Assembly: GCA_951406725.2 (NCBI GenBank)
Contig: OX597820.1
Location: 116,374,001 to 116,438,000, forward strand
Source of the DNA: Octopus vulgaris
Taxonomy: Eukaryota
Direction of reading: 5' to 3'
DNA: 64,000 nt
The notes under the pieces are model-generated. The model had not been told where the DNA came from. It ran no database searches and worked only from the letters and a program-made list of their open reading frames with translations. Below, piece after piece: positions 25,786 to 39,266 of this stretch. Made by a program: the position numbers and the translations under genes. Position 1 is the stretch's first letter, and every line of letters starts with the position of its first letter.

Positions 25786-27194
25786 TGTAATTGTTGTACT
25801 TTGTTTAACTCATATATACAAACCGAATTCCTGGAATCCGAAATGATTAGACCATCATATACTATTTTATAATTTGTTACTATTATGCAAAAGTGTCGTA
25901 AGTCCAAAACGTTGCTTTTCAGAAAACGAAAAAAATAGTTTCCCCATTCCATTTCTTTTTATATTAGCAACAGTTTCAGCTTAACAATAATACTTTGTTG
26001 GGTGCATAAAATCCTAACTCCCTGCATATATGATATTTTCAGTCATAAATATTTTTGTAAAGCTGTCGTATGAGGGATTTAATACACTTTTAGCAGATAC
26101 TAAACCGTTATACTACACTTTGACATTTTTCTTATCTTGTCATCTGAAGCAGCTGGAGATACGATAGTTTGACGAAAAGAACCGGCTTTTGCAGACAAAA
26201 TTAAATATTGAAAAAAAAAAACGCATTTGGCCAAATTTGGACATACGATAGTTTAACAAAATAGCAACGAATTGGTTTCGTCTGGAGTTAAGGATAAGTC
26301 TTTTCCTTCCAGCACTCAGTATAAGTATTTCTTTTTTGTAGCCGAGGTAATGGTTATTGGTCAACTATGTTGTGGTAGGCGACACTTTTTGGACTGTGTT
26401 TGCTTAAGCATTCATTATCGTCTGTCATTTCAGTTTTATGACGAGTCTTGGCTTAAAATTTTGTCCTGAAATTTTGGGGAAATGGACTAATCGATCATAT
26501 CGACCCCAGTGTTTCATTGGTACTTAATTTATCGACCCAGAAAAGATAAAAGACAAAGTCGACCTCAGCGGAATTTGAACACTGAACGTAGCGACAGGCG
26601 AAATACCGCTAAGCATTTCGACCGGCGTGCTAACGATTCTGCCAGCTCGCCGCCATGTTTGCTGCCTTAATAATAACAATAATAATAATCCTTTCTACTA
26701 AAGACAGTGCCTGAAATTTCGGGGGAGAGTGCTAGTCGATTAGATCGACCCCATTGCTCAACCAGTACATATTGTATTGATCCTCAAAGGATGAAAGGTA
26801 AATTCGAACGTAGCGACGGGCGAAATATCGCAAAGCCTTCTGCTCGGCGTGCTATTCTATTACGTCGCCGCCTTAATAATAACAACAATAATAATAATAC
26901 GAATACTACAAACGGAATTGATTTTCATCAAAGTGTTGCACGTAAATAGGTTTGTTCGTCTCTTCGTTAACTATTCATAAGGAACACTCACATTGAAGTA
27001 TTATTAACAAAAAATGCCTATGTTTATTTTTATCGATCACTCGTATTTACTGTAGTTGTGGTTAAAGATTTCGTATTTGCTGTATTTAGCATTAAGCGGG
27101 TATGATAATTGAAGAATTTACACTTTCAGCAGTCACTGGGGATGATCTCATTAATATTTTAATAGTGTTTGCAGACTAACACTACTTTCGTACT

Positions 27195-27512
27195 GAGTGG
27201 CTTAGTGGTTAGGGACATTCGGCTCAGGATCGTATGGTCGCGAGTTCAATTCCTGGCGACGCATTGTGTCCTTGAGCAAGACACTTTATTTCACGTTACT
27301 CCAGTCCACTCAGCAGGTCAAAAATGAGTTGTACTTGTATTACAAAGTGCTGGCCTTATCACACTTTGGGTCACGCTGAATTTCCCTGACAACCTCGTTA
27401 AGGGTACCCGTGTCTGTGGAGTGCTCAGCCACTTGTACGTTAATTTCACGAGCCAGCTGTTCCGTTGATTGTGTCAGCTGAGACCCTCACCGTCTTAACC
27501 GAAAGAGTGCTC
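27195..27512 (+). mobile_element. SINE family C (tRNA-like head, GTCCTTGAGCAAGACAC block)
   Basis: Homologous to 45895-46190 and 61653-61970. Confidence 0.85.
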
Positions 27513-27552
27513 CTACTTTCGTATTAAATGCACTTATTTTCTAGACACAACG

Positions 27553-27623
<71 letters not shown>

Positions 27624-27630
27624 ACACATA

Positions 27631-28111
<481 letters not shown>

Positions 28112-28172
28112 GCAAAAAAATATATTTGTACGTATCTATGTCTGTCTGTCTCTATATATGTCTCTGTGTGTG

Positions 28173-28212
<40 letters not shown>

Positions 28213-28482
28213 TGTATATATATTTTTATTCTTTTAAACGTTTTAGCCCCAAGGCTGTGGCCATGTTGGGGCACCGCCAGTGTAAACGTCTTTTAATTAG
28301 CCAATTCTATGTGACTAGCAAGAGGTCAAATTGTTTTGTGAAAACGTCTGTCCCCACTCCATGGAAATCCCTCAGATGTTTTGGCAAGGCGTTAAATTGC
28401 TGTGGGTCCTTGCATCCCAAGATATTGCAGTATAGGGTTCTCACTCGTGATGGGACAGCTAGATGATATATATATATATCTG

Positions 28483-28713
28483 AAGGCGGCGAGCTGGCAG
28501 AAACGTTAGCACGCCGGATGAAATGCTAAGCGGTATTTCGTCTGCGTTACGTTGTGAGTTCAAATTCCGCCGAGGTTGACTTTGCCTTTCATCCTTTCGG
28601 GGTCGATAAATTAAGTACCAGTTACGCACTGGGGTCGATGTAATCGACTTAATACCTATGTCTGTCCTTGTTTGTCCCCTCTGTGTTTGGCCCCTGTGGG
28701 TAATAAAGAAATA
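28483..28713 (+). mobile_element. SINE family A
   Basis: Family match. Confidence 0.9.
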
Positions 28714-29362
28714 TATATATATATTTTTATATATGTATATATTCTTTTACTTGATTCATTTGACTGCAGCCATGCTGGAGTACCGCCTTTAGTCGAACAA
28801 ATCAACAGCAGGACTCATTCTTTGTAATCCCAGTCCTGGGGGGGGGGGGGGTCGATTCTATCGGTTCTCTTTTGTCGAACCGCTAAGTTACGGAGACGTG
28901 AACACAACAACGTCGGTTTCCACGCGATGGTGGGAGACAAACACAGACACACAAACATATACTCACACACACACATATACATATACATAGACACATAACA
29001 GGCTTATTACGATCCACAAAGATTACAGTTTAACTGCAACTCCTAGTGGTCCAAATCAGATATGAAATCCATGGGGGTGTCTTTTCCATACATTATCTGG
29101 TTCAAAAGACCCACATCAGACGCCGTATGTATTACAAGTTATGTAATAAACATCGTTTAGCTATGTAATATAGTTTAAATTGTCCATTCCTTACATTCTT
29201 TGATTTTATTCTCATATTCAGCAAACGATTTGATCCCATTTATTATACACTGGAATTATTATTACATGATGAAGTCCATTCCTTACATTCTTTGTAAGCC
29301 TATGGATAACAAATGGTTAAATGAATATATTCACCTCTCATACCTCGTGACTTTTTATGATT

Positions 29363-29394
<32 letters not shown>

Positions 29395-29471
29395 TGTATG
29401 TATGTATGTATGTATGTATGTATGTATGTATGTATGTGTCTGTCTGTTTCTCTATCCATCCATCCATCCAA

Positions 29472-29582
<111 letters not shown>

Positions 29583-29592
29583 AAAGCATAGT

Positions 29593-29633
29593 GCGAGTGA
29601 CGAAACCACTTTGAGCGCATAATCCTGTAAATC

Positions 29634-29681
<48 letters not shown>

Positions 29682-29967
29682 ACTTAGCTCTCATGTGTTT
29701 ATTTCCTCCCTGCCCGAGGTTACCGTGGTCTTTTCTGTAGGCTTTTCTTTCCACGGATGAACCTAATCTTGTTTGTTACTTTTAAAAAAAATTTCTTTCT
29801 GTGATACACGATTCCTTTTGATCGCTTTTTCCCCCCCGATCTCTTTTGATCGAAATTTTACATTTGTTTCCTTTTTTTCTCTTTTCCTTTTCCATCTTCG
29901 AAAAGGAAAGCTCTACATTTGTATTTGTCCCCTCTGTGTCCAGCCCTGTGTGGCCAAAAAAGAAAGT
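29593..29967 (+). mobile_element. Tx1/L1-like LINE 3' end, 5'-truncated
   Basis: Homologous to 62060-62415; 16-bp target duplication tatctaaaagcatagt at the end of a (TATC)n tract. Confidence 0.85.
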
Positions 29968-30095
29968 TATCTAAAAGCATAGTAGAAATTAATGTGCAAA
30001 ATCCGCCGAGAAAAGCCCTACGTTTGAACAACAAAAGGAAGCTGGTGGAGTATTTGAATACGAAGTTGAGAATGAGCTCAAACGTAGATTTTGTA

Positions 30096-30508
30096 TACTC
30101 TTTACTCTTTTACTTGTTTCAGTCATTTGACTGCGGCCATGCTGGAGCACCGCCTTTTAGTCGAACAAATCGACCCCGGGACTTATTCTTTGTAAGCCCA
30201 GCACTTATTCTACCGGTCTCTTTTGCCGAACCGCTAAGTGACGGGGACGTAAACACACCAGCATCGGTTGTCAAGCAATGCTAGGGGGACAAACACAGAC
30301 ACACAAACATATACACACACATACATATACATATATATATACATAGATACGACAGGCTTCTTTCAGTTTCCGTCTACCAAATCCACTCACAAGGCATTGG
30401 TCGGCCCGGGGCTATAGCAAAAGACACTTGCCCAAGATGCCACGCAGTGGGACTGAACCCGGAACCATGTAGTTGGTTAGCAAGCTACTTACCACACAGC
30501 CACTTCTG
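30096..30508 (-). mobile_element. SINE family B
   Basis: Family match. Confidence 0.9.
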
Positions 30509-30601
30509 TCTAGGATTCATTTTCAGTATTGTGAACTAGAAAGAAGAGAGGAGAGAAAACCAAAACAGTAACAGTAACAAGAGCAAGAAGAACAAACTAA
30601 C

Positions 30602-30781
30602 CTGCACAGAGAACCTCATCGTATCTTTACCGGCTGACCGTGGTCCAGATATGGTCACACTTGGTTGAGTACCCAGGACATTAAGAGGTGTTTTTTCTCC
30701 ATCAGGAGAGTTGGAATAGAACTGATATAGTAAAGGATAGGCATTGCTATCGGTTTCGCATTCACTCACCGATATTACGAT
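30602..30781 (-). CDS. REJ-GPS gene exon 10 (IVISVSECETDSNAYPLLYQFY...MRFSVQ), phase 0-0
   Basis: tttcctag acceptor, gttagt donor, 180 nt. Confidence 0.9.
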
Positions 30782-30937
30782 CTAGGAAAGCAAAAATAAA
30801 ACAGAAAAAAATTCTAATGAAATCTCGTTAATTTAAATATGCATCTCAAATTGGAATTATACAAAGAACTTCATTTTCTATAAAAGTTAAATATTTAACT
30901 GGCACTTACCAAATCATTGTCATCATGATCATGATCG

Positions 30938-31205
30938 TCACCACCACCACCACCACCGCCACCACCACCACCACCACCAACCACCACCAAAACCACCACC
31001 ACCACCACCACCACCACCACCACCACCACCACCACCACCACCACCATCCACCACCATCCACCACCAAAACCACCACCACAACCACCACCACCGCCGCCAC
31101 CACCACCACCACCACCACCACCACCATCCACCACCAAAACCACCACCACCACCACCACCACCACCACCACCACCACCACCACCACCACCACCACCATCCA
31201 CCACC
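30938..31205. repeat. Interrupted (CCA)n microsatellite
   Basis: Direct reading. Confidence 0.95.
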
Positions 31206-31689
31206 ATTATCATAATCATCATCATCACCATCAACAACCCTTGAACATCACTATCACAAGTGTTACCAGTTTCCACGGCATTACAGGTGAGCAAGATGCC
31301 ACGATTCTCCCTGAATGGAACACCAATCCGTTGCAGGGTTACACATTTACAACCGAGTGGTCTGGGGCAATGTAAAACGAAGGATTTTGCTCGAGAACAA
31401 CGCACCGTCCGGTGTGGGAATAGAAACCTCGGTCTCGTGGTCGTTCTTACAACATCCTAACCACTAGGCCACGCCCCTTCACTGAGGATACTGAAGAGTA
31501 TTTTTAAAAAGTCTTTTAATGATATAATTGAGAGGTGGGAAGGCAACCCCTATGGCTATTTACAGGGTCCCTGAGACTAATGTGCGAAAGGGACGAAACC
31601 CTCAGGTGCCACTGGGTGGCACCTTGTTCAAGTGTCTTCTACAGCAGAGAGCTGACCAAAGCCTTGCTAGAGGATTTGGTAAACGCCGT

Positions 31690-31867
<178 letters not shown>

Positions 31868-32318
31868 TTGTGTAAATCTGTGTGTGTCTTTGTGTGTCTG
31901 TGTTTGTTCCCCTTCACCGTCGCTTGACAACCGGCGTTGGTGTGTTTAAGTCCTCGTAACTTAACAGTCCGGCAAAAGAGTCTGCTAGAATACGTGCTAG
32001 GTTTGGAAAATAATAAATAGTGGGGTCAGATTATTGACTAAAATGTCTTCAAGCTGGTGCTTTAGCCTTGCCACAATCTAACGATTGAAACAAGTAAAAG
32101 ATAAAAGTCGCCAATGGCTTCGCTTCAGTGCTGGCGACAAAATGGTTTGAGCTAAAGACAGCCAAGGCTAAGGCGTTGTTCATAAACCAGACGATGTATG
32201 AAGTCTATTTCTTGATTTAGCTCCAAATCAAAGAATCGCAAATGGGTCATTGGCAACTGACAATTCTATAGATCAGTTATCTCTTTGATTTTTCAGGGAA
32301 GGGTGCAGTGGACACGGT

Positions 32319-32700
32319 GGAGGCGCAATGGCCCAGTGGTTAGGGCAGCGGACTCGCGGTCATAGGATCGTGGTTTCGATTCCCAGACCGGGCGTTGTGA
32401 GTGTTTATTGAGCGAAAACACCTTAAAGCTCCACGACGCTCCGGCAGGGGATGGTGGTGATCCCTGCTGTACTCTTTCACCACAACTTTCTCCCACTCTT
32501 ACTTCCTGTTTCTGTTGTACCTGTATTTCAAGGGGCCGGCCTTGTCACTCTCTGTGTCACGCTGAATATCCCCGAGAACTACGTTAAGGGTACACGTGTC
32601 TGTGGAATGCTCAGCCACTTACACGTTAATTTCACGAGCAGGCTGTTCCGTTGATCGGATCAACCGGAACCCTCGTCGTCGTAACCGACGGAGTGCTTCC
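32319..32700 (+). mobile_element. SINE family C variant with a different head and middle
   Basis: GGCGCAATGGCCCAGTGG..GGTTTCGATTCCC head; 3' half shared with the other family C copies. Confidence 0.85.
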
Positions 32701-32996
32701 GTCCATCCACAGTGGAAACGGTTAATTTCCTTTTCTGTAGGTTAATAGAAACATTTGCACGTGACCACCTCAAGCCAGCGGAACACTTAAGTTTTACTAA
32801 TTTTGGTCATTAGACTGCGGCCATGCCGGGGCACCGCCTTGATGAATTTTTAGTCGAACGAATCGACACCAGTATTTAGTTTTTAAAGCCTGGTACCTAT
32901 TCTATTGATATCTTTTGTTGAACCGCTAAGTTACGGGAACATAAACATACCAACCCGGGTTGTCAAGCAGTAGTAGCGAACAAACACATAATCAAA

Positions 32997-33047
<51 letters not shown>

Positions 33048-35212
33048 GACGGGTTTCTTTCCGTCCACCAAATCCACTCATATAGCTTTGGTCGGACCGA
33101 GGCGATAGTAGACCTTTTCCCAAGGTGACCTTTGCCAAGTAGTGAGATTGAACGCGGAACCATGTGGTTAGGAAGCAAATTTCTTTGTAGGCCTGCACCT
33201 ACTGCCTTTTCCCGAAGTGACACCCATGCATAGCTATGCAGATTAGGATTATCTATCGACACCGCGTGTAACTGTTTTGTAACAGTATACGACTCATGTA
33301 TTATTCAACTGGTGGGTCCGACCGTTTTCGGCCTGTAAGGTCTTTGCTATGTTATGAAAATGTAATAATTGGGATGACATGACCAACAAACAACTAAAAC
33401 TGCAAGGTTTGTCATAAATTCTCTCTGTTATAAACCCTTTCTCCTGCTGATCGTACATCCTCAGTTGGTCCTTATCTGTAGGAGCAGATAATACGTCTTC
33501 CAACAACTGTTAACCTTTACAAAGCCCCACTGAGACACGCAATGGGGTAGTGTTGGCACATCTGGTCATGAGGATGCTGGGATTCCAACCACTTCAATCA
33601 CAGATATCTTTGCCAGCGTACTAAAGGAAACCTAACTGACTGGCATGGAATCCCTGGCACCAATACCTACTAACTTCTGGTCAACAGATCTGTCTTCGAT
33701 CTTTGTCTTTTTCCCCTGCCACTACAGTGAATTCTGCCATCTCCATTTGGAAATTCTTTATTCGTGTCTCCTCCCGCTACTCATATTGTGTCCCCAACAC
33801 AGTCTTTGTACTAAACGCTTCTTGAAATCCCTTCTCAGATCCTTAACCCTCTGAAATGTCGTCGCTTATATTCGAGCAACTGTTGAAAAGAAACTGACTG
33901 CTCGATCTCACCTGGACTTGAAAGGTTTACTAATGCCTGGCAACATCGTTTTCCTTCAGTCCAAACCATTAAATAATAAGAGTGCTAGTGATATATCAGT
34001 TTGCCCCAAATTGAGATGAATAGCAGGTGAGTTGCACTCGGTGGTTTTCTTTAAAAATTAATCAACTTTGAACTAGACAGGTTCAACGTATTGCTTTTGC
34101 TCTTTTTCAGCAAAACATTTACAACGATGTTAAACATTCATTATTTATAAATCATTGAAGTGAATGTAGGTGACGTCGGTGAACGCCAGCAGAAATCAAT
34201 GCAAGGAGTAGGCTTGGTACTGTGGCAGTAATCTCACAATAGGCTGAATATGGACTGCAGTCTCCGTACCTGGTTGAATCATTTTACTTATTTCTCCTGT
34301 ATGCACTTAGAGAGGAGTGGTCTCTTCTGGGTTGCTTTCGTCACACAACAAAACGTAATGTGACTCTTAATTGAAACAAATGAATAATTATGTTACTGAG
34401 TAATTATATAAGATGTTCATAAATTACTTTTAGAAAGGATAACTCACCAGGTTATGTGTAACCAATGCAGCCCCACGAGGAAGCATTCTGATGTTTTTAA
34501 TTGTAAAGCTAATTTATGGACACATATTTCGCACTGCAGACGTTTATAATTTTCAACGCAGCCCTTGGACCCCGAGTTCTCCTTTTGTGGACCCCAGGAT
34601 TCCTCAGACTTCAAGTGCTGTAGATCATGATAGAAGTTCATATCAAGGGAATACAGCAACACGATTTCAATCTCCCATTGTATCTAATCCTTTTTACTCT
34701 GGTTTTCAATTCCATTTGGAAAAATATGAACGTAACATCTTTCATTTCACTCAGTGTAAAATACGAGATCTTCAAGCTTCTCCGCGGCCGCCCAACAATT
34801 TCATCCCTACTATTTCCTACTGTCATAAGTAAGGGAAGAACACAGATAATTTAGTCTTACATGTGCCTAGAAAGGTGAAATAGTCATGACTGGGATGCCT
34901 TTGATACGATTTTGGTGACATTTGATCTAAAGTACAGGCATAAAGAGTTATAATGAAATATCACAAGGCCTTTTGATTACGTTGTTGAATGTGTTCTGTC
35001 CTTATATAATGCTGCAGGATATCATCTGGAGGATATTTGGTAGCTATTTATTTCTGGCTTAGCAAGTGGAGCGGCTGTGCAGAACATTGATTTCCATCCT
35101 TTTCACTACTAAGAATCCCTCTTATTTAAATTAACTTTCCAACAGACCTCAGGATTTTGAAAGTCTGTCGACTCAGTAACCCGATTTTGACAATTAACAA
35201 CAAACTTGTTTT

Positions 35213-35700
35213 TGGAGTAAAGATTGTTTCCCAACATAACATGGCAGTCCTGGTTTATGACGAATGTTGCTGTAATTTAGCCACAGGGGACATCGTCTCC
35301 AGCTGCCTATACGACACAATCTGTGTCCTTATATTTTCGAACAAGGGAATCTAGCACCCCCACTCAGCTCAAAACAATATCTGTGTATCGCAATTTCCGG
35401 GTCATTTCCCTTCATCAGCACAGGATAATTGTTCAGCTAGAGGTGACGCTTCCAAATTCCCGTTCGAAATATATAGTTTTCAAAGTGACAACTAGTCACT
35501 GATCTATAAATTAGAAAACTAGTATTTTTAAATCTCACAACGAGAGATATTCAACAACAGTACTTCGGAGGGGCTAAATTACAGCAACATTCGCCCTAAA
35601 CCAGGACTGCCATCTTACGTTGGCAAACAATCTTTACTCAAAAGAACTGTTGCTGAATATCTCTCGTTGTGCGATTTAAAAATAGTAATTTTCTAAACTT
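35213..35700. mobile_element. Penelope-type pseudo-LTR-like repeat with inverted segments
   Basis: Inverted internal copy of the ggagtaaagattg..gtaatttagcc block; carries a hammerhead motif. Confidence 0.55.
35381..35423 (-). ncRNA. Minimal type I hammerhead ribozyme motif
   Basis: CTGTG-CTGATGA-AGGGaaatgaCCCG-GAAA-T-tgcg-A-TA-CACAG: 5-bp stem I, GGG/CCC stem II, minimal stem III, AUA cleavage triplet. Confidence 0.7.
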
Positions 35701-36415
35701 GTTTTTCCTAGTTTCATCTCTTAATTGAAACAAATGAATAACGAATGCAGCTCATGAGAAAGTGTTCTGATGTTTTTAATTGTAAAGCTAATTTATGGAC
35801 ACATATTTTGCACTGCAAACGTTTAAAATTTTCAGCGCAGCTCATGAACCCCGAGTTCTCCTTTTGTGGACCCCAGGATTCATCAGACTCCAAGATGGTA
35901 ACCGCAAGTGTAGAGGCTTCTTTGTGGGCTGGTTGGGGCATTACTCTCAGCATTGGGTTCCTACCTGGCAGTAGGACGTTCGCTGGTTAACAACTTCTAC
36001 CTTCGCAAGGAAAGGAGTTGTGTTGAGCAGTTTATCAAGATATCAAGTTATTCGCATTACAGAGAATGATCCAACTGCTTACAAAAGCGGAAGACTTCAC
36101 TGAAGAAATAGGCGAGCCAGATGATAATCTTAAACAGAGAAACATATTAAGCCCACCCCAGTAACAATATTAAGAAACAATATTAAGCCCACCCCAGTAA
36201 CAATATTATTGATTTTTTAATATGGACACGAGACCATAAATTTTGTGAGAAGGAACAGCTGATTATACGGGCCTTAGAACGTAGCTGGTATATAGTTTAT
36301 GTAGACTTATAGCATGAAAATTGAAAAAAAATTGGCCTGGCGAGATTTGAACTTGGAATGTAAAAGGAGGGTTTTATAATTTCATCTGTTCTGAAATTAG
36401 ATTTGTTCTACTCAC

Positions 36416-36570
36416 CGTTTCAAGATATTCGTACGTATCTGGTACTTGCAGTAAACAAGACGTTACACCGGCTGGCATCTTAAATTCGATCGCACCCATT
36501 CCAGGTTCGCTAGATGCGCTACTACTTGCAATGACGGATATTTTGTACTTCATGCCAGCCTGCAACACAT
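36416..36570 (-). CDS. REJ-GPS gene exon 9 (NVLQAGMKYKISVIAS...GVTSCLLQVPDTYEYLET), phase 1-0
   Basis: cttgcag acceptor, gtgagt donor, 155 nt. Confidence 0.9.
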
Positions 36571-37304
36571 CTGCAAGAGGAATAGTCATTGTTATTGTGT
36601 GTGACTGTACGCATGCGCATGCTAACAAATATACCACATTAATTAACGGTTTGTTGGGACACAATATTTTTTTTTGTTTTATCCACGGAATGCAAGGCAA
36701 GAACTGGAGATCATTTAGTGTCTCTAAAATTTCTTGAAATATATCAACGCCAACTTTAGTATGTGTTATTCATACGTCCCTACGTATGCTCCTCATGTCC
36801 TTCTTGTAAGTTACCATGCCATTCAGTGTACATGTACTAAAACTTTTATCGTCTTTCATCATTCTTAGATCTGGCAATTCAGGATAGACTATATTTAGCT
36901 AATGACGTTTAGTAATAACGAAATATTCTCAAAATTATTCCCGTATAACCGTAGATCGTCCTCACTCTCCATAACACTCTATTTAATTACTTAACTAATT
37001 AAAATTCTAGGTTGTCCCTCTACCAGAATTAATAAACCACTACGGTTTTTTGATAATTACATAATTTAGCTTAACGCTTACTTTATCTCTTTTACTCTTT
37101 TTACTCTTTTACTTGTTTCAGTCATTTGACTGCGGCCATGCTCAGAGCACCGCCTTTAGTCGAGCAATTCGACCCCGGGACTTATTCTTTGTAAGCCCAG
37201 TACTTATTCTATCGGTCTCTTATGCCGAACCGCTAAGTGACGGCGACGTAAACACACCAGCATCGGTTGTCAAGCAATGCTAGGGGGACAAACACAGACA
37301 CACA

Positions 37305-37348
<44 letters not shown>

Positions 37349-37484
37349 TACGACAGGCTTCTTTCAGTTTCCGTCTACCAAATCCACTCACAAGGCTTTG
37401 GTAAACCATTACGATAACGACACTTCACTCATCACTACGGTTTTTTGATAATCACATAATTTAGCTTAACGCTTACTTTATCTG

Positions 37485-37710
37485 TTTCTTTATTACCCAC
37501 AAGGGGCTAAACAGAGAGGGGACGAACAAGGACAGACAAACGGATTAAGTCGATTATGTCGACCCCAGTGCGTAACTGGTACTTATTTAATCGACCCGAA
37601 AGGATGAAAGGCAAAGTCGACCTCGGCGGAATTTGAACTCAAAACGTAACGGCAGACGAAATACGGCTACGCATTCCGCCCAGCGTGCTAACGTTTCTGC
37701 CAGCTCGCCG
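37485..37710 (-). mobile_element. SINE family A
   Basis: Family match. Confidence 0.88.
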
Positions 37711-37959
37711 GCTCAAGGAACCGAAACTCGGGCAGTCTCTCGGTGCGCCTTGTGCTAGGTGGGCGCCTAGGAGGGCGTAACAAAGACAAGGAAATATCCA
37801 CGACCGTCAGCTTGTACATGCCGAAGTTCAGCTTGCCCGGTGTGCCAGCAACCGTAGGGCCGGCCCTGGTGTCTAGGCTGCAAGTGGATAATGTATGGCT
37901 GAATAATGTTAGGAAGGAACAAAGGTTAAGTGTCACCTGTGTTAGAGTAGGCGTTGTTG

Positions 37960-38890
37960 GATATGGCAGCAAGTTACTGTCGTTCGGAAAGAAGAAACTG
38001 GGGATGAAAGATCGAACCCTTGGCGCATGCCAGAGTTGATGGATTGAGGGAAAGAAAGAGCTCACTCGACACACGCAGTAACCGTCCGATCTGAGTGGAA
38101 GCTTTTGATACTAAATGAAGAGAAATCATTGGCAGGAAGTGCCAAAAGAGGATTCACATGTTAGGTAGGGTTGGAAGAGGTTTCACATGTTATGTAGGGT
38201 TAGAAGAGGATTCACATGTTAGGTAGGGTTGGAAGAGGATTCACATGTTAGGTAGGGTTGGAAGAGGTTTCACATGTTAGGTAGGGTTGGAAGAGGATTC
38301 ACATGTTAGGTAGGGTTGGAAGAGGATTCACATATTAGGTAGGATTGGAAGAGGATTCACATGTTAGGTAGGGTTGGAAGAGGTTTCACATGTTAGGTAG
38401 GGTTGGAAGAGGATTCACATATTAGGTAGGGTTGGAAGAGGATTCACATATTAGGTAGGGTTGGAAGAGGATTCACATGTTAGGTAGGGTTGGAAGAGGA
38501 TTCACATATTAGGTAGGGTTGGAAGAGGATTCACATGTTAGGTAGGGTTGGAAGAGGATTCACATGTTAGGTAGGGTTGGAAGAGGTTTCACATGTTAGG
38601 TAGGGTTGGAAGAGGATTCACATGTTAGGTAGGGTTGGAAGAGGATTCACATATTAGGTAGGGTTGGAAGAGGATTCACATGTTAGGTAGGGTTGGAAGA
38701 GGATTCAGATGTTAGGTAGGGTTGGAAGAGGTTTCACATGTTAGGTAGGGTTGGAAGCTTCGCGGATGTTGGTTCGACAACGTTGCTTTCACTAAATTCC
38801 TTTCAGCCAAAAGTCCACTAGTGGGTGACGCAGGTATGTGGACTACTATTGGATCTGGCTGTATAGAAACTGTGGCAATGGTCATTAAGG
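37960..38890 (-). mobile_element. Decayed Jockey/CR1-group LINE reverse-transcriptase fragment split by a minisatellite
   Basis: Remnants LNDHCHSFYTARS..VTH*W and SFHSDRTV..SINSGMRQG resemble QYGFR..RST and SFLSDR..SGVPQGS. Confidence 0.6.
38146..38757. repeat. 29-bp minisatellite, about 21 copies (GGATTCACATGTTAGGTAGGGTTGGAAGA)
   Basis: Direct reading. Confidence 0.97.
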
Positions 38891-39161
38891 AAAGAAGAGA
38901 AAGAAAGAGAGAGGGGCGGGGGAAATTTAAACTGTTTCGAGTCGTCTTTTTTAATGGCTGTCTGCATTAATTTCGAGATATTAAAAGGGAGATTGCTGAC
39001 TGGACCAGAGGGGCTGCTTTGTGAATAATGGAGGAGAGAGAGGGAGATGAGAAGAAGAGGAGGAAAGATATGGAGTAGGGAAGATGATGATGATGATGAT
39101 GATGAGGAGGAGGAGGAGGAGGAGGAACAGGAATAGGAGGAAGAAACAGAAAACAACTCAC

Positions 39162-39266
39162 TTGATTTGATAATAATGTAACTGAAGAAATAATTCGGAT
39201 TCACTTCAGTTTTGGGACTTTTCTCATCCTGATTGTCAGGATTATTTATGTCGAAATAACCATAAT
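39162..39266 (-). CDS. REJ-GPS gene exon 8 (DYGYFDINNPDN...FSYIIIKS), phase 1-1
   Basis: ttttgcag acceptor, gtgagt donor, 105 nt. Confidence 0.88.

Noticed and set aside
31563-31606. GTCCC...GGGAC-GAAAC resembling a hammerhead
   Set aside because: No correctly placed CUGANGA box or stem I
32319-32392. tRNA-like sequences at SINE heads (also 8357, 21473, 61900)
   Set aside because: A and B boxes only; no complete cloverleaf and always attached to SINE bodies
34364-35894. Diverged direct repeat of about 170 bp giving two similar ORFs (34444-34662, 35714-35953)
   Set aside because: Probably two remnants of one transposon end; no splice-site or motif support
38146-38757. 29-bp repeat array considered as CRISPR-like
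   Set aside because: Units are contiguous with no spacers, there are no cas genes, and the context is eukaryotic
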